From: Planctomycetota bacterium | GTDB lineage: Bacteria; Planctomycetota; UBA8742; UBA2392 | Reading direction: 5' to 3' | Length of the DNA: 64,000 bases | Assembly (NCBI GenBank): GCA_020848275.1 | Contig: JADLAK010000056.1 | Location: forward strand, 1 to 64,000 | Made by a program: the position numbers and the translations under genes | Shown here: positions 27,650-36,550 of the stretch, piece by piece | Layout of the letters: each line of letters begins with the position of its first letter | Position numbering within the stretch: the first letter of the stretch is position 1 | Notes under the pieces: model-generated | Database searches by the model: none | Seen by the model: only the letters and a program-made list of their open reading frames with translations | What the model was told of the DNA's origin: nothing

Positions 27650-28615
27650 CTATTGCGTTAGCGCAGCGACTTGTTTCCATGCCCAATCGGAATCGTTGGC
27701 GGTCACCAGTGCGCGGTAGATGTCGCCCTCGCGCCAGAACAACACACGTTTGCCGTCCACCGTGAACTCGCCCTTGTCGACGCCCGACGCCGCGTCCTGC
27801 ACCATCTTCGGCGTCAGGGTCAGCAGGACGTAGCGCTTGTCCTTATTCCACGAACAAACCAGGTAGAGCGCGTCGTCGCCCTGCACCGGCATCGTTCCCG
27901 CAACCATGCCTGAGGGCATGTCGCCCTGCATCCTGGGCATCGGCTGTTTGGGATACATGTCGCCGTGCTTTTTGGTGAAGGTGTTCCATTCGTCGAGCGA
28001 TTTGACTTCGCCGGAAAGCAGCGTGCCGGTCTTGTCGGCAAACATGCGCATACGCGCGTTGAGCGGGTTGTCGCCGGTCTTGCCGCTATTCAACGCCAGC
28101 GCCGTACCGCCTGCGCCCAGCGCCGCACAGGCAATCGCCAGCGCGACCAGCGCGTATATCGGCATGCGGACTGTGCGAAGGCCGCCGGCGCCCGCAAAGG
28201 CGTGCTCGTGTTCGTGGTCGTGATGGTGGTGATGATCGCGGTGGGAATGGTCGTGGCCGTGAGAATGCCCGCCGTGTCCTGAGCCTGTCGAAGGGTGCGA
28301 ATGATCGTGCGCGTGTTGAACAACCGGCTGCCCCGGCGCACCGCCGAAATTCTTCTGCAACGCCATGACCACCTTGACGCGAAGCGACTCCGTCACGCTG
28401 CCGCAACAATGTTCGACCATGGTGTGGGTGAGCAGGCGATTGAAGGAACTCTGGCTGTTGATGTATTCGTTGCAGTGGTCGCAGTGCTCGAGGTGTTTGG
28501 CCAGGCGCTCTTTCTCGTCCGGCTCGAGTTCACCATCAAGAAAGCCCGACCACTTCTGCCAGACTTCGCGGCAGCCTTCGTGCATGGTGGATCCCTTGTC
28601 GTGTTCCGGGTTCAT
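27650..28615 (-). CDS. Zinc-finger (ZAS-type, HxxxCxxC) anti-sigma factor with a His-rich tract, TM helix and C-terminal extracytoplasmic domain
   Basis: HLEHCDHC motif; HAHDHSHPSTGSGHGGHSHGHDHSHRDHHHHHDHEHEH; TM helix IYALVALAIACAALGAGG; lies 8 nt downstream of the ECF sigma gene. Confidence 0.65.
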   Translation of the reverse strand: MNPEHDKGSTMHEGCREVWQKWSGFLDGELEPDEKERLAKHLEHCDHCNEYINSQSSFNRLLTHTMVEHCCGSVTESLRVKVVMALQKNFGGAPGQPVVQHAHDHSHPSTGSGHGGHSHGHDHSHRDHHHHHDHEHEHAFAGAGGLRTVRMPIYALVALAIACAALGAGGTALALNSGKTGDNPLNARMRMFADKTGTLLSGEVKSLDEWNTFTKKHGDMYPKQPMPRMQGDMPSGMVAGTMPVQGDDALYLVCSWNKDKRYVLLTLTPKMVQDAASGVDKGEFTVDGKRVLFWREGDIYRALVTANDSDWAWKQVAALTQ

Positions 28616-28622
28616 GCCTGGC

Positions 28623-29210
28623 TCAATCGTTCAATGCGTACTCGGGACCGAGTTCGCGGACCTTGTCACGAAGGACGGACTTTGCGCGCGACAGGCGCGA
28701 CATCACGGTGCCGATTGGGATGCCAAGCTGCTCGGCGATGTCCTTGTAGGGCATTTCGCCAAGCACGTTCAAAATCAGGATTTCACGGTACTCGTCGCTG
28801 ATGCTTTCCAGCGCCTTCTTCAAGCGGCTGTCCAGCCCGTTGAGAAACGCGGGGTCCGCCATTGCCTTGGCCGCCTGCTGGGCGCCGCTGAAATCGCCCG
28901 CGGCCTGCTTTTCTTCGGCGCCGACAAAGGGCTCGACATCTTCAAAGCTTGCGCCCTCGCCGCGCGAACGCTTCTGGCGATAAAGATTCACGAAGCGGTT
29001 GAAGAGGATGCGGTGCAGCCAGGCCTTGAGGTTGGTGCCGGGCTTGAACTGGTCGAACTTTTCGTAGGCGCGCAAGTAAGCGTCCTGAAGCAAATCCTCG
29101 GCGTCGCGAGGGTTGCGCGTAAGGTGCAAGGCGGCAGTGTAAAGGCGATCCATCAGCGGGAGTGCCTCTCGCTCAAATCGCTGCCTCAACTCGGCGGCAA
29201 GGTCTACCAC
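28623..29210 (-). CDS. ECF-type RNA polymerase sigma factor (sigma-70 regions 2 and 4)
   Basis: Region 2 [16 protein letters not shown]...[16 protein letters not shown]; region 4 [38 protein letters not shown]. Confidence 0.8.
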   Translation of the reverse strand: MVDLAAELRQRFEREALPLMDRLYTAALHLTRNPRDAEDLLQDAYLRAYEKFDQFKPGTNLKAWLHRILFNRFVNLYRQKRSRGEGASFEDVEPFVGAEEKQAAGDFSGAQQAAKAMADPAFLNGLDSRLKKALESISDEYREILILNVLGEMPYKDIAEQLGIPIGTVMSRLSRAKSVLRDKVRELGPEYALND

Positions 29211-29300
29211 GCCCGACTTTCTTAAGGCCCCGCGCCCGGGGGTTATTCCGCGATATTGGCCGCTCGCGGCGGCGGATGCAACAACTCAACAAGACCCATT

Positions 29301-30221
29301 CTACCTTTGCGGCGGGTCAAGCCACCCCGTCGAAGTTTTCTGGGGTTGCGGCTGTGCGGCGGGCGCCGAGCTAGGCCTCGGCAGCGATATTGGCTTGGGC
29401 GCTGCGACGGGCGCTGCGACGGGGGCAGGCGGCGGTTCCTCGGGCGCGCTTTCGCGCACCGTGCGCACCGTGCGGCAGAAGCTGTCGGCAAAAAGGTCCA
29501 TGCGGTCGCGGCACATGCGCGCGCGGCCGCTGAGGTCGCGCAGCGAAAAAATTTCGGTCGGGCGGATAGCGAAGCGGCCAAGCAGGCGCGTGGTCGAAAG
29601 TTTGCCCTTGTCGCGCACCATCGCTTCAAGCTCGGGCAGGCGTTCATGCGAAACTTCAAACACTGAACGCAGGACGACGAACGGAAGCTGCCACTCTTCG
29701 GCCACCGTCGCGACCGCAAGGCCGGTAGCGTCGGCGAGGTCGGCGCGCGAACGCTCAAACAGCGCCATCTTCATTTCAGGTTCGTGCGGCACTTCCGGCA
29801 CGGCGGCGAGGCTGCCCAGGCGCGAGCCAAGGCTCGGGTTGAGCTTTACGAAGGTGCGCACCATGTCGAACAGTTTGCCCGCAAGCGGCCGCGTCGTGAC
29901 GGCGCCGGCCGGCGGCACGACTTCGAACTTCTGCGCCACGATCATGTCGCCGATCTGCAAATCCGCCGTGAGGGCCGTGGCGAGGCCCATGTTGACCACC
30001 GCCACGGGACGGTCCATCTCCAGCGCCTCGCGCAGCGCCGCAGCCGTCGGTTCGCCCTCATGGCCGGCAAGCAGCACGCGCACCGAGGCGTCGCGCCAAA
30101 GGCCGCCATGAATCATGCCCGTGCGCTGCTTGTAGAAACGCGGGTTCTCGAGCTGGCTGATGATCGAAAAAGCGTCGGATTCCGTCGCGGCGACGAAAAG
30201 GATTTTGGGCAAATCGCGCAC
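29301..30221 (-). CDS. Phosphorylase family-1 (PNP/UDP/MTA-nucleosidase-like) protein, possibly futalosine-hydrolase-like, with a Pro/Ala-rich C-terminal tail
   Basis: ILFVAATESD...LLAGHEGEPTAAA...VAVVNMGLATAL pattern; the tail is PAPVAAPVAAPKPISLPRP... Confidence 0.4.
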   Translation of the reverse strand: MRDLPKILFVAATESDAFSIISQLENPRFYKQRTGMIHGGLWRDASVRVLLAGHEGEPTAAALREALEMDRPVAVVNMGLATALTADLQIGDMIVAQKFEVVPPAGAVTTRPLAGKLFDMVRTFVKLNPSLGSRLGSLAAVPEVPHEPEMKMALFERSRADLADATGLAVATVAEEWQLPFVVLRSVFEVSHERLPELEAMVRDKGKLSTTRLLGRFAIRPTEIFSLRDLSGRARMCRDRMDLFADSFCRTVRTVRESAPEEPPPAPVAAPVAAPKPISLPRPSSAPAAQPQPQKTSTGWLDPPQR

Positions 30222-30359
30222 AGGGACTCCGTGAATCCAGTTTGGACGTTCCGAGTGCGATGACGAGGCCTCAAACTGTGCCGCACGAAGTCCAACGGCG
30301 CAAGAAGTTAATGCGGCGATTTGGGCGATTACGGCGCGCGGGCGCGTAAACTCGCGGCG

Positions 30360-31454
30360 TTATTCGTCTTCTGAGGCGGGCTTCTTGCGGATGCGGCCGG
30401 AGAACTTACGGGCCGGCGGCGCAGCCGGATCTTCGAGCACGCCTTCGCGCGCCAGGCGCGCCTTCAGCGCATAGCGTGAGTTCACGGCAAGCTTGCGGTA
30501 GATGCGGCGGACATACGAACGCACCGTGTCCATCGAGATGTTCGCTGCATTGGCAACCGCGCGATAACTTGGCATGCCAACGATCAGCCGCGCCATGTGG
30601 AGCTCGCGGTTGGACAGGCGGGTGCTGCGCCGCGCTTCGGAAATCGTCACAACCACCAGCGACAACGCCGGGTTCGAGGTGTCTTCCCTCAAGCGGGCAC
30701 TGAGATGTATGCGCAGGCGGCGAACGTGGCGCGACGCCTGCTTCACCTGCGCGCTGGCGGGTTCAAGGCTGCGCAATGCGGCGATTACCGGCAGCGCGAC
30801 CTCGAGCGCCTCCGAGACAAGGTCGTCGCGGTCGAGGCGGCGGCGGTAGAGCACTTGGTCCGCCGCCGAGTTCAGCCACAACAGCTTTCCATCGAGGCCG
30901 ATCAGGAGCGCTGCGGGCGCACCGATTTCCTCAAGTTCGCGCGCCGCGTCGACAGCGTTGGTGACCGCAGCCGCGCCGAGTTCCTGCGCGCGGTCGAGCA
31001 AGTGATCGCAGGCAAGACGAAGCGTCGTACCGTCGAAGGACGCATCAGGCGTGGCATCGAGGATTGCGGCGGCGGGTTCGATTGCATGAAGGAGCTGATT
31101 CGTGCCCTCAGCAGCATGTTTGGCGTAATCCGAGCCAAGCATCTCTGCAATGCGATCATTGATCGGTAAATTGTCGAGCGCGGCGCGGCGCAGCGCGCTT
31201 TCGAGGCAAGTGCTCAAGTCCGAGGGAATATCTCGGTCGCGGAATGTCGCCGGAAGCGCACCTTTGAGACCGTGCAAGGTGGAAGCCGCAAGTTCGCGGA
31301 GGTTGCGGGACGCGTGAATACGACGGACTAAGTCGGAAAACAGGCGCAACTGATGTAACCGCTGATCTGCGCGCGCCACGGTCTGCCCCTTCCCTGATGC
31401 CAGTGGCGTACAAATTGTTCTGGCGCACATAGTTATGCAACAAAATTCGTGCAA
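30360..31454 (-). CDS. LuxR-family transcriptional regulator (C-terminal LuxR-type HTH; N-terminal domain unknown)
   Basis: LSNRELHMARLIVGMPSYRAVANAANISMDTVRSYVRRIYRKLAV. Confidence 0.7.
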   Translation of the reverse strand: MHEFCCITMCARTICTPLASGKGQTVARADQRLHQLRLFSDLVRRIHASRNLRELAASTLHGLKGALPATFRDRDIPSDLSTCLESALRRAALDNLPINDRIAEMLGSDYAKHAAEGTNQLLHAIEPAAAILDATPDASFDGTTLRLACDHLLDRAQELGAAAVTNAVDAARELEEIGAPAALLIGLDGKLLWLNSAADQVLYRRRLDRDDLVSEALEVALPVIAALRSLEPASAQVKQASRHVRRLRIHLSARLREDTSNPALSLVVVTISEARRSTRLSNRELHMARLIVGMPSYRAVANAANISMDTVRSYVRRIYRKLAVNSRYALKARLAREGVLEDPAAPPARKFSGRIRKKPASEDE

Positions 31455-31678
31455 CTCCCGAGCCTGAGATTTCGATGATTAGATAAACGTCACGTCTAAG
31501 AATGCAATCGAGGCTGCTGGGATGAGGCTTTGCGGGCAAGTTGTAACATGCATGCTACGTCACAATAAAACATACTCTTAATATGAAGCGCCCGCCAAAA
31601 TCTGGCGGGCGGCAGCACTTTTGCATGATTACCGACCAGTCGGGACAATCCCGACTAACTGGTTTTTTACATTACGTT

Positions 31679-32581
31679 CTATTTCGTTGCCGCGACGGGC
31701 TCCACCGTTTCGTCATTTAATTCCGCACTCTCGGCTGTCTCTGCAACCGTTTCGGGCAGTTCCGCAGTCGGTTGGGTTGCGCGTTTGGCCTCACGCGTGT
31801 GCAGCGCGGCGCGTGCTTCGTAGTCGAGATCGGCCGGCTTGCTGCGCGTGGCGCGCAGGCGTTCGTCTTGCTCGATACGCGCTCGTTCGATGGCGGCCTT
31901 CACCGCGCCCAGCGTGTTCATCGTTTCGCCGTGGCGGCCCTGGACCCCGGCTTTGCGCGACTCCGCAAGCCGGATCGATTCTTCGTTGCGCGACAGGCGC
32001 TCGATCTCGCGAAGCAAGCCCTGGTACTGGATCTCGAACTCGGCCTGCTCTTCACGCACCGATGCAAGCTGTTCCTGCACCGCGGCGTGCTCGACGCGCA
32101 GGACGCGGGTCTGCTCGTCGAAATCCGCGAGGCGTTCTTCGTAAAGTTCGCGGGTTTGCTCGACGCGGCTTACCAGAGCGTCAGCCTGCTCAGGCTTGTA
32201 GCGGCTGCCGCGGAAACTGATTGCCGCAGTTTTGGCGTCAGGCTTGGCGTTGCGGATGTCGTTTAGGTCGGCGTCGCACAGGTTGATGATGTCGCGAGCG
32301 CGGACACTGTCGCGATCGAGTGCGGCGAGTTGGCGCTCGACCTCGATCGACTGGGACCGCAGCAGCGCGATCTGCTTGGGATACTCGGAGCGCAGCGACT
32401 CAAGCTGGGTGCGCATGTCGTTCTGGCTTGCGATCAGCTTGTCGACTTCGCTTTGCGCCATTCCCTGCAGCGCCTTGATCGCGCCGTGCGCGCGGCCCTT
32501 GCCCAGCACGACATGGGCCAGCCCAACCGTTCCGATACCCACAAGGCCCACAATCAGCACTGTCTTGAAAAAGCATTTCAT
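31679..32581 (-). CDS. Signal-anchored coiled-coil protein (hypothetical)
   Basis: N-terminal TM helix VLIVGLVGIGTVGLAHVVL followed by heptad-rich sequence. Confidence 0.5.
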   Translation of the reverse strand: MKCFFKTVLIVGLVGIGTVGLAHVVLGKGRAHGAIKALQGMAQSEVDKLIASQNDMRTQLESLRSEYPKQIALLRSQSIEVERQLAALDRDSVRARDIINLCDADLNDIRNAKPDAKTAAISFRGSRYKPEQADALVSRVEQTRELYEERLADFDEQTRVLRVEHAAVQEQLASVREEQAEFEIQYQGLLREIERLSRNEESIRLAESRKAGVQGRHGETMNTLGAVKAAIERARIEQDERLRATRSKPADLDYEARAALHTREAKRATQPTAELPETVAETAESAELNDETVEPVAATK

Positions 32582-32908
32582 CGTTCGTCTCCGTTGATTC
32601 GAAAGTGGTTTTTCCCCCGACGCTGCTTATTGGAAAAGCGCGCGCCGCAATTTCAGGAAGCCTGCCGCGCGTACCGCATTCCGTCTCGAGTCAAAAAGCG
32701 GCGCCACAAGCGACACGAAGAGACGAAGGCACGAAGAAAGGCAACGGCATTTAACCGCGAAGGCCGCGGAGTTCGCGGAGAGCCGCCACCCGTCAGGCGC
32801 ACCAGAAGACCCTCTGCGTCCTTTGTGGTCTCCGCGGTTAAGTTTTTGCCTTTGTTGTGTAGTTGTTTTGACTCAGGACACTGGACCCCGGACTCCGGAC
32901 AGGTGTTA

Positions 32909-33541
32909 ATGCCGACCATGGCTCGCACAGACAAACGAGTTTTCTTGGGCGGTTCATTTGACCCGCCGCACATCGGCCACCTGCTGATGGCCGAGCGCGC
33001 ACGTGAGGTCTTGAAGGTTGAGCGTGTGGATTTGCTGGTGACAGCGACGCCGCCGCACGCAAAGCCGAAGAAGTCGACGGCGAATGCGGCGCAGCGCCTT
33101 GCGATGGCGAAGCTGGCCATCGCCGGCAATCGCGGGCTGGGCGTAGACGAACGCGAATTGCAGCGCAAGGGCCGCAGCTACACCATCGATACGGTGCGCG
33201 AGCTATTAAGGGAGAGGCCCGGCGTGCGACCGGTGTTCATCATCGGCGGCGACATGCTGGCGGACCTGCCGACGTGGAAAGACGTAAACACGCTGGTGGA
33301 ACTTGCGGATTTCGCGCCGGTGTTCCGCCCCGGTTTCGGCGATGAAGTGTTCAAGGGCCTGCGCGCAAAGCTTGGCCGTGATGTCGCGGCGCGTCTGGAA
33401 AAAGCGGTGATCGAAATGCCGCTTCTGGAAATCTCCTCGACGGCAATTCGTTCACGCATCAAGGCGGGATTATCGGTGCGCTATCTGGTACCAGACACGG
33501 TGCGCGCGTTTATCGACCGGGAAAATCTTTACGGGGGTTAA
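32909..33541 (+). CDS. nadD: Nicotinate-nucleotide adenylyltransferase
   Basis: VFLGGSFDPPHIGHL (HxGH nucleotidyltransferase motif), ...ISSTAIRSRI (C-terminal motif). Start chosen at ATG 32909 (MPTMARTDKR). Confidence 0.8.
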   Translation: MPTMARTDKRVFLGGSFDPPHIGHLLMAERAREVLKVERVDLLVTATPPHAKPKKSTANAAQRLAMAKLAIAGNRGLGVDERELQRKGRSYTIDTVRELLRERPGVRPVFIIGGDMLADLPTWKDVNTLVELADFAPVFRPGFGDEVFKGLRAKLGRDVAARLEKAVIEMPLLEISSTAIRSRIKAGLSVRYLVPDTVRAFIDRENLYGG

Positions 33542-33698
33542 CTGCAACTGCATTTCTCGCAGAGTTCGCGGAGGGGGTTGGACCGCCCGCCGGACCAAAC
33601 GCAAAACCGGCGTCTTGGAAGAGCGCCGGTTTCACGTTGGACTCTCCGCGTGCTCCGCGAGAGCTGCTTTTGCTTTCGCCTTTCAATCCGCAATCAGT

Positions 33699-34940
33699 TT
33701 ACACCGCCGGTTTGATGTCCGGGTTCATCATGCCGCCCCGCCCGCCCTTGGGTTGCGGCTTGCCATAACCTTTGGCGACCGCTTCGGGTTCCTTGCCGTT
33801 GGCGGGCGGGCCGTCTTCTTCCTGCGCCTTGAACCAATAGGCGAACTCGGGCGTCGTCAGCGCCTGGTTGGTCTCCGGACGCAGCAGGTTCGAGACGCTC
33901 GGCTTCTTGCAATGCGGCAGGAACACAACGTCGTAAATTTCCGGCGGGCCCGAGGTGAACTCGAAGCAGCCGTGGACCTGGCCGGTCTTCCAGTTGACCA
34001 CGCTGACGCCGCACTTGAGCTTGGGGTATTTGTGCAGCACCGGCGGGCCGTTTTCCTTGCGATACTTTTCGCGGATGCGGCCGTGGCCGACCAGCGCGTA
34101 ATCGCCGATAAAGTACAGGCCGCGCGTCCAGCCAGGCAGATTCGCAACCACGTCGTGCTTGCCCGGGTTTTTGGGGTCCATCACGCAGAAATCGCCTTTA
34201 CCACTATCCAAAAACCACAGGCGGTTGTCGTGCCAGCGCGGCGAGTGCGGCATGCACAGCCCGCGCTGGATGATTTCCTTGCTCGCGACATCCATGATGA
34301 TGCCGGAGTGGTGCTTGTCCTCGCGCCACTTGCTTTGCTCGTTGGTTGCGGCAAACGCCGAGACAAACGCGGCCTTGCCGTTGCGGATCGCCATGCCGTT
34401 GAGGTGGCAGCGGTCCTCGGGCGCGAGCTGGGTGATGTAGCTCGGCTGCCAGCGCGGGATGAAGCTGTATTCGACGCTGAGCGAGGCAAGGCAGGCGAAC
34501 TGCGTGTTGACGAACCAGAGGCCGTCGTCGCAGAAACCCATGTCGTGGGTGTTGAGCGGGCCGGTGTAAAAGGACGCGCGCGGCAAGTAAACCCCGTCAT
34601 AGCGGCCGGGCGTCTCGGGCGTGAAATCTTTGGCCAGCAGCGACGAATTCGTCAGCATCAGGATGTTGTGGCGACACGCAATGGCCATGCGCTGGCCCTG
34701 GATTGCGATGCCCATGGGTTTGTCGAACTCACGCATCACCAGCGTGACCTGCTTGCCATCCCAGCCGATAAACGCCATGCGGTTGGTGCGGTAGGTCGAA
34801 AGCGCGATGGACCCGCCCATCTGGATCAACCAGCGCACGAAGCCCTCGTCGGGCTGCACGGTGATTTTCTCGGTTACCGGGCCCTCGGTCTCGTCGGCGG
34901 GCTTGTCGGTGGCTTCAACGGGCGGTGGTTGGTCGGTCAT
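33699..34940 (-). CDS. TIGR03032/DUF4915-like conserved hypothetical protein with a C-terminal Gly/Pro/Lys-rich disordered tail
   Basis: The core is shared with the adjacent paralogue (ALSTYRTNRMAFIGWDGKQVTLVMREFDKPMG, MPHSPRW, CGVSVVNW). The family name is recalled from memory and not verified. Confidence 0.5.
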   Translation of the reverse strand: MTDQPPPVEATDKPADETEGPVTEKITVQPDEGFVRWLIQMGGSIALSTYRTNRMAFIGWDGKQVTLVMREFDKPMGIAIQGQRMAIACRHNILMLTNSSLLAKDFTPETPGRYDGVYLPRASFYTGPLNTHDMGFCDDGLWFVNTQFACLASLSVEYSFIPRWQPSYITQLAPEDRCHLNGMAIRNGKAAFVSAFAATNEQSKWREDKHHSGIIMDVASKEIIQRGLCMPHSPRWHDNRLWFLDSGKGDFCVMDPKNPGKHDVVANLPGWTRGLYFIGDYALVGHGRIREKYRKENGPPVLHKYPKLKCGVSVVNWKTGQVHGCFEFTSGPPEIYDVVFLPHCKKPSVSNLLRPETNQALTTPEFAYWFKAQEEDGPPANGKEPEAVAKGYGKPQPKGGRGGMMNPDIKPAV

Positions 34941-35019
34941 AGGTTTAGGGCTAGGGTTAGGGTTAGATCCATATCATCCGCGATTGGGGATAGGTCTACC
35001 TATCCCCGCTTCTGCTTTT

Positions 35020-36387
35020 CTAGCCCTGTTTCACAGGGTCCGTCACGCCCGGCTTGTCGTCCTGGATCACGTTGCTCGGGCGCAGCCAGTAAGAGAAGTC
35101 CGGCGCGACAAACGCCTGGCGCGCCTGCGGCTTCAGCAGGTTCAGGATGTTCGGCTTCATGATGTTCTTGATGAACTGGACGTCGTAAAGCTCAACGCAA
35201 CCCGAGGTGAACTCAAGGTTCGCCACTTCCTTGCCCGTGCGCAGGTCCACAATCGACACGCCGCAAAGCAGCTTCGGGTACTTGGTGCCGACAGGCAGGC
35301 CGCCGAAGATGTGCTTTTCGCGAATCTTGCCCATGCCGATCAACGCATAGGGCCCTGCGAAACTCAGGCCGCGCAAAAATCCCGGAAGCTCACAGACCAC
35401 CGTCTGCTTGCCGTCCTTGGGATCGACCTGCAGCATCTCGCCCTTGCCGCTGTTGAGCACCCACAACTTGCCATCGTACCAGCGCGGCGAGTGCGGCATG
35501 CACAGCCCGCGCGTGATGACTTCTTTGCTCGCGACGTCCATAACTACGCCACCGGTGGCCTTGGTCGGGCGCCAGCCGCCGACAACGTCGGTTTCACCCA
35601 GCGCGGTGACGAACGCAGGTTTACCGTCGCGCATCGCCAGGCCGTTGAGGTGGCAGCGGTCTTCGGGCGCGAGCATGCTGATGAACTTCGGCTGCCACTT
35701 GGGCACGAAATTGAATTCGTTGGAGAGCTGGCTCAGGCACGAGAAGCGCGTGTTCACCAGCCACAGGCCGTCGTCGCCAAAGGCCAGGTCGTGCGTCGCA
35801 AGATCGCCGGTGTGGTAGCTCGCGCGCGGCAAAAACAGGCTGTCGTATTTGTTCTTTTCGTTCTCGAGGTAATCGCCGGCCAGAAGCGGGCCGTTGGCAA
35901 ACAGCATCAGGTCGTGGCGCGTCGCAAGCGCGAGGCGGTTATTCGGCCCGACCGCAAAGCCCATGGGCTTTTCGAACTGGCGCATCACCATCGTGACCTG
36001 CTTGCCGTCCCAGCCCACCAGTGCAACTTTGCCCGCCTGGTAAGTTGTGATGGCGAGTGAACCTTTGGCCTGCGCCAGCCACGAGACGAACCCTTCCGTC
36101 GGCTGACAGGCGATGGTTTCGCCGGCGTTGGGGTGATTCTCGTCCTTGGGCGCGCCCTCGGGACGCTTCTGGCCGTAGGGATTACCCTGCGGGCCGTAAC
36201 CGCCGCCGCCATACGTGTTGCCGGGAACGCCGCTGGGTTGGCGCTGGCGGCGCGGGCCGCCCTGACCCTGCCCGGGACCTCCCTGTTGGCGTTGGCCCTG
36301 TGAACCCGGGCCGGGAATAGGCGGCTTGCCCTGTGGCTGTTGCGGCTTGTTCTTGGCGTCTTCGCCCAGTCCGGTGGCGTAGTTCAT
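35020..36387 (-). CDS. TIGR03032/DUF4915-like conserved hypothetical protein, paralogue with an N-terminal Gln/Gly/Pro-rich disordered extension
   Basis: LAITTYQAGKVALVGWDGKQVTMVMRQFEKPMG, MPHSPRW, CGVSIVDL; N-terminus QQPQGKPPIPGPGSQGQRQQGGPGQGQGGPRRQ... Confidence 0.5.
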   Translation of the reverse strand: MNYATGLGEDAKNKPQQPQGKPPIPGPGSQGQRQQGGPGQGQGGPRRQRQPSGVPGNTYGGGGYGPQGNPYGQKRPEGAPKDENHPNAGETIACQPTEGFVSWLAQAKGSLAITTYQAGKVALVGWDGKQVTMVMRQFEKPMGFAVGPNNRLALATRHDLMLFANGPLLAGDYLENEKNKYDSLFLPRASYHTGDLATHDLAFGDDGLWLVNTRFSCLSQLSNEFNFVPKWQPKFISMLAPEDRCHLNGLAMRDGKPAFVTALGETDVVGGWRPTKATGGVVMDVASKEVITRGLCMPHSPRWYDGKLWVLNSGKGEMLQVDPKDGKQTVVCELPGFLRGLSFAGPYALIGMGKIREKHIFGGLPVGTKYPKLLCGVSIVDLRTGKEVANLEFTSGCVELYDVQFIKNIMKPNILNLLKPQARQAFVAPDFSYWLRPSNVIQDDKPGVTDPVKQG

Positions 36388-36550
36388 TTCTGTACCCTAA
36401 TTGGCCGAATTTAAGAGGGGCGGAGTATAACGGCTTTCCGGCCCGATGGCAGGGGCTAGAAGCAGCGTTTCAGGCGGCAGGCTTCAGGCGGCAGTTACTG
36501 GAAACTTGCTCGTTTGTAAGTGAAGGCGGACTAACGATGAGTTAGTTTCT

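Noticed and set aside
33615-36060. 515-aa and 417-aa plus-strand ORFs over the DUF4915-like paralogues
   Set aside because: Antisense to two mutually similar (hence conserved) minus-strand proteins; the plus-frame products are low-complexity.
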